Assembly (NCBI GenBank): GCA_050250255.1 | Contig: JBFWOZ010000056.1 | Span: forward strand, 1 to 16,921 | Direction of reading: 5' to 3' | DNA: 16,921 bases | From: Bdellovibrionales bacterium | Lineage (GTDB): Bacteria; Bdellovibrionota; Bdellovibrionia; Bdellovibrionales; DASUEL01 | In this document: positions 7,691 through 15,152 of the stretch, piece by piece | Layout of the letters: each line of letters opens with the position of its first letter | Numbering within the stretch: the first letter of the stretch is position 1 | Notes under the pieces: generated by a model | Told to the model about the DNA's origin: nothing | The model's input: only the letters and a program-made list of their open reading frames with translations | Databases searched by the model: none | Translations under genes and position numbers: made by a program

Positions 7691-8719
7691 GTGGCACAGC
7701 TGAAATTTAAAAGTCGATTATTAGACGCGATCATTTTTGGTTTTCTTCTAGGGGTGTTGATTTTTGTTGTTACTCAACCTAGTCGGGAACAGCTTCTTCA
7801 GCTTTCGACGATTGTCTCCATCGCTCTTCTTTGCATGGGAGTTGGTGCCTTTTTAAGCTTCGTTCTTAATGCAATGAAGATCAAAACTTTAGGAGAATCG
7901 GTTTTTGATCCCCCACACTTAAAAGCTCAAGAAACCAAAACCTGGTTTAAAACTTTTTGGGGCGTTCAACTCATCGTGGGCTTCATTGTTGCATTTGTAA
8001 CGGGCATTCACGTAACGGAATTTAGTATCTTCGAACTTCTTTCCGAAGATGGCTTTCATGGAGCCGGTCGCATTTTCTCAAGTCTTCTCCACCCAAACTT
8101 TGAGATTCTTCCGCAAGCTCTTCTTGCGATCGTGCAAACGATCTTTATGGCTTTCACCGCAACCACTCTCGCAATTCCGGTGGCTTTCGTGCTCAGCTTT
8201 CTCTGCGCAAAAAATATCATGGGTCATACGCCGATTGGTTTTTCGATCTATATGCTTCTTCGCTCTTTTTTGAACGTCACGAGATCTATCGAGCCTCTTA
8301 TCTGGGCGATCATTTTCTCTGTGTGGGTAGGCATCGGACCTTTCTCCGGGATGTTAGCCTTAATGCTTCACTCGATCGCTTCACTGGCAAAGCAGTACTC
8401 CGAGATGATCGAGAGTGTTGATAGAGGACCTATCGAGGGCATTCAATCCACTGGCGCTGGAACGCTTCAGGTGCTCTGGTTCGCGGTCGTACCGCAGATC
8501 ATTCTACCTTACGTCTCTTTTACGATTTATCGCTGGGATATCAACGTACGCATGGCCACCGTAATTGGTCTTGTCGGTGGTGGTGGTATCGGTACCATGC
8601 TCATTCAGTACCAAGGGCAAGCCCTCTGGAATGAAGTAGGCTGCCTCGTTCTCTTAATTGCTTTTGTAGTTTGGGCGATGGACACAGGCTCCGCGTACAT
8701 CCGCGAAGCCATTAAATAA
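7691..8719 (+). CDS. phnE: Phosphonate-type ABC transporter permease with N-terminal membrane extension
   Basis: RSIEPLIWAIIF..VGIGPFSG.LAL, K.YSE.IE.VD.GP.EG, YRWDINVRMATVIGLVGGGGIG; GTG start after RBS GAGGGG. Confidence 0.9.
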   Translation: MAQLKFKSRLLDAIIFGFLLGVLIFVVTQPSREQLLQLSTIVSIALLCMGVGAFLSFVLNAMKIKTLGESVFDPPHLKAQETKTWFKTFWGVQLIVGFIVAFVTGIHVTEFSIFELLSEDGFHGAGRIFSSLLHPNFEILPQALLAIVQTIFMAFTATTLAIPVAFVLSFLCAKNIMGHTPIGFSIYMLLRSFLNVTRSIEPLIWAIIFSVWVGIGPFSGMLALMLHSIASLAKQYSEMIESVDRGPIEGIQSTGAGTLQVLWFAVVPQIILPYVSFTIYRWDINVRMATVIGLVGGGGIGTMLIQYQGQALWNEVGCLVLLIAFVVWAMDTGSAYIREAIK

Positions 8720-8804
8720 AAGTGCCAGTGTCTTTTTTCTGGCTACATTGCGTTCATTTTGTGAAGCAACGTAGCCAGAAAAAAGACACTGGCACTTTTA
8801 TTTA
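8713..8804. repeat. 92-bp palindromic element (two perfect 34-bp inverted arms); REPIN-like and probable bidirectional terminator
   Basis: 8713-8746 TAAATAAAAGTGCCAGTGTCTTTTTTCTGGCTAC is the exact reverse complement of 8771-8804; the 24-nt spacer also pairs (TTGC/GCAA, TTCA/TGAA); it fills the gap between two convergent genes. Confidence 0.9.
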
Positions 8805-10961
8805 GCGAGCGATGGATTCGCGACGCTCACCTTTTTTGGTGCGTCTTTCCATTTTGCCTTGTGTATTCACTGTCATGTGTGATCCCGACTCACCGTCATA
8901 CACCCATCCGCAAGCATCATTGGATCTGGAAGGATCAAAAGTTAAATCCACTTCTTTATCCAAATCATTGTTCTCAGATCTCACTTTAAGAGTCAGAGTG
9001 TTTTTTCCTGGGTGTACTTCTTCCTGAAGATCCTTCCAACCACCCCATGGTTCATAGCGACCATTTTCGGTTGTTGCATGACAGCTAATGATTTGTTGAA
9101 CCACATTTGTGCGATTGCCCATCGAATCAACCGCATACCTTGCAATCACCTTATTGAAAGGTTTTGCATCGGCTGTTGGATCACTTCGTCGACCTGCATC
9201 TGGGCAGAGATTTTCTGTCGCCTTTTCGAACACAGTTCCGTTTTTAAATTGAAGCGGATTACTCATCATAAATGTTGGGTTATGATCTCCTGCTTTGTAC
9301 ACATTGGCATATTGAGGAGTCTTCACCCCTTTTTTCTCAGCCATGTTCCAAAAACTTCCAGTCTCTAAATACTCAAGAGTTCCAGGTTTACCGTCATTCC
9401 CCATTTTGTTTTGATAAACGGCAAAGTACTCTGCGAGCTCTTTAATTTCCACTTTGCCATCATCCAATTTCACGCGTGAACAGATAAAAACCCCACTAGC
9501 ACAAGCGCTGTGAACTCCTCCTGGACAATTTGGAGTGGTTCCATCTTTTCCAACTTTACCACCACCAGTAGCGACACGAAACGGAAGTCCATCATTAGCG
9601 CCCGCATTGATTTTCATCATCTGCCACTTGGTATTTTTGTCGTTTGATTTTCGCTCTTCACATCGGCTAATTTGAGCATCAACGCTGTCGTACATTCCCG
9701 ATGTAGCACCGATCTCTTCCAAATACCTTTGAGCCGAAGCGCTATCCACCCGACCATGTTTGTTAGAGATGCCGCGTCCTGAATCATCCTTCACAACTCC
9801 CAGTCGACCTAAATCAAATTTTCCATCTGGCCTTACGAGCCAATTGATCGGATTCATCGAATCTTTATGATCACCTTTAATTTTGTCTTTCGTAATTACG
9901 ATTGGCGCTAGCGGTTTGCCCTCGCGATTGGTTCCCGCAACCGTCATAACCACTCGATCATCTTTTGCATCGACTTTTTTAACATCGATCGTTTTCGTTT
10001 TATTAGGACCTTGAGTTCCATCAAAAATTCTATTTTTCACAATTTTAGTTGGAGTCGTATAAGTTACGATACCTGCATCACAAGATTCTATTTTGTCGTA
10101 ACCTTGGCAAATCTGCCCCGCATTTGGGTCTTCACCATTACAAATACGTTCTAATTCTCCAGTTTGTGGAGGCTTAGTTCCACCACCCGTTTTTCTGCCT
10201 GCCACTTCTGCCGCAAAATCTCTCAAGATATCGCAGTCTGGAGAGTTATGAGTCACGTGAAGACGGTTGGCATATCGTTTCTGATTTAAGCCGGTGACCA
10301 AGTCAGAACAAAAAGTTTTAAGTTGATTGTTAATGTTATCCCAACGTTCTTGGGCGCCCTCTTTTTTGAGCATGCAGTTTGTAAGTTTGTCGATGTTCGC
10401 ATAACCAAAAGCCACACAAGCTGCCGTTGCTCCTTGCTTGGCCTTTACACAGCACGAACCTTCGGAAGTTCCTTCACACGAGGAGTTGTCGGTATCTGCT
10501 CCGCAAGTTCCAAAATAATCTTGGTTACATTTAACAGTTTTAGTTTGTTGATCACACCATACGTTTCCGTATTGCATATCTCCCATAGTAACGTTGCTAA
10601 AACCTTCCTTGGGACACTGAGGAGGATCGCGCATTGGCTTTGTATTCAAAATCCACCCTGCAAAAATACACTGCTTGGGGATTTTGTTTCCGCTAGCCGC
10701 ATGAGCTTCCTCAATGATGTGCGGAAGCATTCTCTCAAGGAACGAAAGATCGGCGTATCGCGCTCTCGAGTTTTTGTCGTACTTTGCAAGGAAGTCCATC
10801 ATTTTAGAAATCATCTTTTTTTGATTCTCTTTTGAGAGCTTTTTAAACTCTTTAAAGCTCATCAAAAAGTTTTGCGGTTTATCGTGCGAAACGCGGGCTT
10901 GAGTGGAAACACTCATGCTTAAAGTAAAGACCGCCAATAACAAAGCGACAAGAATTCTCAT
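8802..10961 (-). CDS. Large secreted cysteine-rich hypothetical protein (~719 aa)
   Basis: Long ORF; RBS GAGGGG 7 nt before ATG 10961 (ORF track start 10994 is a TTG); Sec-type signal peptide MRILVALLLAVFTLSMSVSTQA; 22 Cys; no recognised catalytic motif. Confidence 0.85.
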   Translation of the reverse strand: MRILVALLLAVFTLSMSVSTQARVSHDKPQNFLMSFKEFKKLSKENQKKMISKMMDFLAKYDKNSRARYADLSFLERMLPHIIEEAHAASGNKIPKQCIFAGWILNTKPMRDPPQCPKEGFSNVTMGDMQYGNVWCDQQTKTVKCNQDYFGTCGADTDNSSCEGTSEGSCCVKAKQGATAACVAFGYANIDKLTNCMLKKEGAQERWDNINNQLKTFCSDLVTGLNQKRYANRLHVTHNSPDCDILRDFAAEVAGRKTGGGTKPPQTGELERICNGEDPNAGQICQGYDKIESCDAGIVTYTTPTKIVKNRIFDGTQGPNKTKTIDVKKVDAKDDRVVMTVAGTNREGKPLAPIVITKDKIKGDHKDSMNPINWLVRPDGKFDLGRLGVVKDDSGRGISNKHGRVDSASAQRYLEEIGATSGMYDSVDAQISRCEERKSNDKNTKWQMMKINAGANDGLPFRVATGGGKVGKDGTTPNCPGGVHSACASGVFICSRVKLDDGKVEIKELAEYFAVYQNKMGNDGKPGTLEYLETGSFWNMAEKKGVKTPQYANVYKAGDHNPTFMMSNPLQFKNGTVFEKATENLCPDAGRRSDPTADAKPFNKVIARYAVDSMGNRTNVVQQIISCHATTENGRYEPWGGWKDLQEEVHPGKNTLTLKVRSENNDLDKEVDLTFDPSRSNDACGWVYDGESGSHMTVNTQGKMERRTKKGERRESIAR

Positions 10962-11051
10962 ATGTGAACCCCTCATGGACTCATGTTTAAACAAATGTAT
11001 ACGCTTTTATTTTATACAGTCTTCCAAGGTGCCGTAAATAAGGGGTTTGCC

Positions 11052-11072
11052 GTCTAGTTGGTAGAACTAGAC
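11052..11072. other. Short inverted repeat just downstream of cysE (weak terminator or protein-binding site)
   Basis: GTCTAGTT-GGTAG-AACTAGAC (8-bp arms); no U-tract follows on the minus strand. Confidence 0.35.
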
Positions 11073-11078
11073 CAGACG

Positions 11079-11576
11079 CTAGACTAAGGGTTGGGCGGGG
11101 ATTCCAACAACGGTTGTGTTCGGAGCCACAGATTTTGTGAGAACCGCATTCGCCCCGACCTTCGCCCCGTCTCCAAGCGTGATCGGACCAAGAATTTTCG
11201 CGCCTCCACCGATGATCACGCGATTGCCTAAAGTGGGATGACGTTTTTTATCTTCAAAGCTCACTCCACCGAGAGTCACACCTTGAAAGATCAAGCAGTC
11301 ATCACCGATCTCGGTTGTTTCACCGATCACCACGCCCATGCCGTGATCAATCACGAAACGACGACCAATTTTAGCGCCGGGATGAATTTCGATGCCGGTG
11401 AGAAATCGGCCGAGCTCACATAAAAAGCGAGCGATAAAAAAGCAGCGGATATTGTAAAACGAATGGGCAATACGGTAAAAGAAAATGGCTTTAGGACCTG
11501 GATAGAGAAGGGCAATCTCGATGACAGATTTGGCCGCCGGGTCGTAGTTTTTGTACGCTTTAATAAGTTCGAACAC
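11079..11576 (-). CDS. cysE: Serine O-acetyltransferase (short form)
   Basis: [58 protein letters not shown] start after AGGAG. Confidence 0.93.
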   Translation of the reverse strand: MFELIKAYKNYDPAAKSVIEIALLYPGPKAIFFYRIAHSFYNIRCFFIARFLCELGRFLTGIEIHPGAKIGRRFVIDHGMGVVIGETTEIGDDCLIFQGVTLGGVSFEDKKRHPTLGNRVIIGGGAKILGPITLGDGAKVGANAVLTKSVAPNTTVVGIPAQPLV

Positions 11577-11594
11577 GGCATCTCCTAATGATCT

Positions 11595-12488
11595 CTATAT
11601 CTGGCCTAAGTGTTTCCGAGCGGCACAGTATTCCTTCACATATTGTTTGTAAGCAACCCCTAATTTCTGAGAAATGGAGCCGGGTGCAGTTTTTACTTTT
11701 GTGGCGTTCACGAGAGAGACCGGGAGCACTTCCTTTGTAGAAGAGGTCAGGAAAACCTCATCGGCCGACTCCATTTCCTGAGGGCTAAAACCCTGCTCTA
11801 AAAATGGAATGTTCTGCTCTTTACAGAGTTGTTTGACGATTCGGCGGGTAATCCCACGAAGAATATCGAAATCATCAGGGGGAGAAATCACGGAGCCGTT
11901 TTTCACCATATACACATTGGCGGTCGTGCCTTCGGTCACCAGATTTTTATTATTCACCATGATGGATTCATAAGCCGAAGCCTTGGTGGCCTCACGAAAC
12001 GCGAGAAGGTTGTTCAGGTAGTTACCAGATTTGATGTTGGGATCGAGCGCGTGTTTGCTATTACGTAAACGATCGGTCGTAACGATGCTCACACCTTTTG
12101 CGTAGTACTCCTCTGGAGTTGTCTCAAGCGTACGAATGTAAATGACCACGTTGGGCTTATCGGCGTTCTTCGTGCTAAGACCAATGGTGCCTTGCCCGCG
12201 CGAAATCTGAATGCGCATGTACATGTCATTTTCTTTGACGTGTGAGTAAACCTTGTAGATGTCATCGATATAGTCTTGTTCAGACTGCTGCAAATCCATA
12301 CCGATCATCGCGGCGGAGTTAAACATTCTTGCGATGTGAGCTTCTAGTTCAAAAAAAACGCGACCATAAGATCTCGCCACTTCGTAAACGGCGTCGCCGT
12401 ACAAAAAACCTCGATCAAATACTGAGATCTTGGCTTCTTCTGGCGGATAGAGTTTTCCGTTAATAGAAACAAGTTTTGTACTTTTCAT
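11595..12488 (-). CDS. PLP fold-type IV aminotransferase (Dat/IlvE/PabC family)
   Basis: ISVFDRGFLYGDAVYEV, H..R...SA, PLP-Lys IKSGNYL, EGTTANV, ILRGITR, ADEVFLTSS..EVLPV. Confidence 0.88.
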   Translation of the reverse strand: MKSTKLVSINGKLYPPEEAKISVFDRGFLYGDAVYEVARSYGRVFFELEAHIARMFNSAAMIGMDLQQSEQDYIDDIYKVYSHVKENDMYMRIQISRGQGTIGLSTKNADKPNVVIYIRTLETTPEEYYAKGVSIVTTDRLRNSKHALDPNIKSGNYLNNLLAFREATKASAYESIMVNNKNLVTEGTTANVYMVKNGSVISPPDDFDILRGITRRIVKQLCKEQNIPFLEQGFSPQEMESADEVFLTSSTKEVLPVSLVNATKVKTAPGSISQKLGVAYKQYVKEYCAARKHLGQI

Positions 12489-12489
12489 G

Positions 12490-13164
12490 TTATTTCCAAG
12501 TGCAGTGGAGTTTTTTAAATCGTGAGTCTTTAATCGTCAGCTGACTTAAATACAATTTCCCTTTGATAGAGGCCGCAAAAAAGTAAGTCCCTACGAGAAG
12601 GGCCACATGACGTTGACTGGTGGTGTTCGCGAGAATACCCTCTTTCTTCATGCGCTCGGTGAAGTAATTTGTAATATCCATATATTTGGTACAGCCCGCA
12701 CCATGTACTTCGCCGTCAATATTGAGACGCTTGGCATTGCTTAAATAAAAAACCATCACTTTATCGTTTTTATCTAATTCCAATTGGGGCCGAACTGCGA
12801 CATGGAAGCTTCCCTTTTGATCCGTGAGAAAATTCGCAAGATCGACAACTCCACCGCCTTTTTCAAAAATGAGTTCGTGATCGCCCTGTTTCAACACACC
12901 TTTGTTTTTTTCATTCAAATAAAATGAAAACGGAAAAAACTCTTTCGGCAACTCAAGCTTCACGCGACTGCCTTCTTCTTCGACACGCGATTGATCTAAG
13001 ATGAGAGGCTTGTAAATCGCCTCCAGCTCTGCCCAAAGTTTTGCGGGCAGAACAATATCTTGAGTGGCTGCGGCCATACGAATCTTTGTTTTTTTACCCT
13101 TCACATATTCCGGAGTTTCTTCACAGCCAACTAAGATGAGAACGAGGAGAAAGAATATTTTCAT
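12490..13164 (-). CDS. Hypothetical lipoprotein
   Basis: Signal II MKIFFLLVLILVG-C14; ATGA overlap with the upstream TPR gene; stop 1 bp from the next start. Confidence 0.8.
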   Translation of the reverse strand: MKIFFLLVLILVGCEETPEYVKGKKTKIRMAAATQDIVLPAKLWAELEAIYKPLILDQSRVEEEGSRVKLELPKEFFPFSFYLNEKNKGVLKQGDHELIFEKGGGVVDLANFLTDQKGSFHVAVRPQLELDKNDKVMVFYLSNAKRLNIDGEVHGAGCTKYMDITNYFTERMKKEGILANTTSQRHVALLVGTYFFAASIKGKLYLSQLTIKDSRFKKLHCTWK

Positions 13165-15143
13165 TTTAAACTCTTTGTTAATTCGTTCTTTAACTTATGA
13201 AAAGGAATGTATCGTGGAGCCGTTGCAAGCTCCATATCCACCTGCTGACGGAGTTCGGAAAAGGGCATGATCTTCATTTTCTGATTTAACGAATGGTCTA
13301 TGTATTCCAAGGGAACATTTTTTGAAGTTTCGATCTTTTTCTCGAGAGCGGCGCAATCCCCACCTTGTTGCTGGCAAAGCTTCCACTTTTGAAGAACCAT
13401 CACGAGAGGCATTTCTCCAACAGGGGTTTCTTTAAAGGCTTCTAACGTCGCGCGAGATTTATCGGGTTGTCCTAAACGTCCATAAGACCATGCAAGAGTT
13501 CCTGCAACCGCAGTATCACGAATGTTTCTTGATAGAGCATCTTCGAGCATTTCTCGTCCCACTGTAAGATCATCAGATTTAATACGACATACTCCTTGAA
13601 GAGCCGCAACCCGAGATTTTTCGCCCAATTGACTTGAAACCTCTTGGCAGAAAGTAGAAAAATGAGACCATTTAAAATTTTGATCGATAAGAAAGAAAGT
13701 CGGAAGAAGTTTGTCGGAGGTTGAGAAATCGTTCTCGAAAAAAGAATCTAAACTTTTTTCAGCAAGTGCTTTATCTCCTGCAAGAGATTCCAGCCACACC
13801 TTCATTAAAATAAGACTCTGCCGCTGCTGACGTTCCGTAGGAAGTACCTTTTGGATTTGTGTGAGTGCAGCTCGCACCAACTCTTTGTTTTTTTCTTTTT
13901 GCGACAGCCGTCCAGCAGATTCAGAAAAAATAAGGGTCGCCAGAGCATCGAATTGATTTTCTTGTAAGTGGGCATGTAGCTGACGATAACTTTTTTCGTG
14001 TTCCCCCTTGATGCTGTAAAGAATCGCGAGATTCATGTGCACCAAATAGGAGGACTGATCTTTCATCAATGCTTTCTTAAACTCTTCCTCGGCTAATTGC
14101 GCATTCCCAGAAGCGATGGCCCGCATTCCCCTTAGCACTTGGAAAGAAATATATTCGGGATGCGTCGTGGGAATTTGTTGAAATTCGTTAAGAAGCCTTT
14201 CGGCCTCCACCGTTTGCTGATCCACGAGATATAAAGAGACCAGCTGCACAGCCGCAACCGCATCCTGTGGGTTAGACTCTAAAATTTGCTGAAATGTTTT
14301 TTTCGCTTCTAAAAACTGGGCGGCATTCTTTTGCGAAAGGCCTTTTTCCAGAAGTTCGGAGCTGTTTTGGGCGCGGAAGTTCGGTTTCTTAGACAAGCTT
14401 AAAAACGCAAATACGCCTGCAGCCACTCCAATCATAAGAATGATCGTCAAAAAAGATTTCCATAACCCCTGTCGGATCTTTGCCGAGGTGACATATTTTT
14501 TTGCTTCAAGAGGAAGATCTTCTATGTCGGGAAGGTTGGTCACCGATCTGGCTTGCCCCATACTGGATTCTGTCACTTCATCATCATATATGACGGCTGT
14601 GGATTCCATCGCCAGCGTGTGTGTGTCGTCCTTCCCCCCGATGCGACGACGAGCTTCTTCCACCGCGTTCTTAAAAGTGGGCTCTTCTCTGACATAAATC
14701 CAGCGTCCAAAAGGTTTTTGCACAGAATCGAAAATGCCTAACTCTTTTGAGTGTATTTTATCTTCAACTTCTTGAGTGCTGAGTGGACCAACGAGTTGAG
14801 TGCTGATTCTTAAAAGCCAGGGGCGAAAAAAATTTTGGTAGAGTTCTTCGTAGCCCTTGCCTGTGTTTTGAGAAATTTCTTGAATGCACTTTTCACAGAC
14901 TGAAGAACGCATCATGTCCTGAGAAATTTTGGTCGAACAGATGGCACAAATTGTAGAGGAGGTTTTTTCTTCTTGATCAGGCTTAATGGCCTCAGCCAAA
15001 GAAACCTTGAGAGACATGCAGGTCAAACACTGGGTAATGCCCTTAACCTTATAGTGAGCTGGCACAAGCTCTTCGCAGGAAGTACAACGAGTTTGAGGAT
15101 TCAAAGTGTCCATTTTCGTGAACTTTTCCGCCGTCTCGAGCAA
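13161..15143 (-). CDS. Single-pass membrane protein: four CxxC motifs, GYF_2-like domain, TM, TPR-rich C-terminus
   Basis: CTSC, CLTC, CAIC, CEKC; W.LR.....GPLS..EV...I.......D.V..P...W; TM FLTIILMIGVAAGVFAFLSL; TPR-like helices (EAKKTFQQILESNPQD, AEEEFKKALMKD...HMNLAILY). The start may be ATG 15113. Confidence 0.8.
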   Translation of the reverse strand: MLETAEKFTKMDTLNPQTRCTSCEELVPAHYKVKGITQCLTCMSLKVSLAEAIKPDQEEKTSSTICAICSTKISQDMMRSSVCEKCIQEISQNTGKGYEELYQNFFRPWLLRISTQLVGPLSTQEVEDKIHSKELGIFDSVQKPFGRWIYVREEPTFKNAVEEARRRIGGKDDTHTLAMESTAVIYDDEVTESSMGQARSVTNLPDIEDLPLEAKKYVTSAKIRQGLWKSFLTIILMIGVAAGVFAFLSLSKKPNFRAQNSSELLEKGLSQKNAAQFLEAKKTFQQILESNPQDAVAAVQLVSLYLVDQQTVEAERLLNEFQQIPTTHPEYISFQVLRGMRAIASGNAQLAEEEFKKALMKDQSSYLVHMNLAILYSIKGEHEKSYRQLHAHLQENQFDALATLIFSESAGRLSQKEKNKELVRAALTQIQKVLPTERQQRQSLILMKVWLESLAGDKALAEKSLDSFFENDFSTSDKLLPTFFLIDQNFKWSHFSTFCQEVSSQLGEKSRVAALQGVCRIKSDDLTVGREMLEDALSRNIRDTAVAGTLAWSYGRLGQPDKSRATLEAFKETPVGEMPLVMVLQKWKLCQQQGGDCAALEKKIETSKNVPLEYIDHSLNQKMKIMPFSELRQQVDMELATAPRYIPFHKLKNELTKSLK

Positions 15144-15152
15144 ATGAGAACG

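Noticed and set aside
9070..9095. Heme-binding motif in the Cys-rich protein (IISCH)
   Set aside because: Lacks the first Cys of CxxCH.
10323..10835. 170-aa antisense ORF, and the other short ORFs nested in or antisense to large genes (e.g. 4181..4588, 9012..9368, 15894..16217, 15899..16249)
   Set aside because: Shadow frames of well-supported CDSs with no recognisable motifs.
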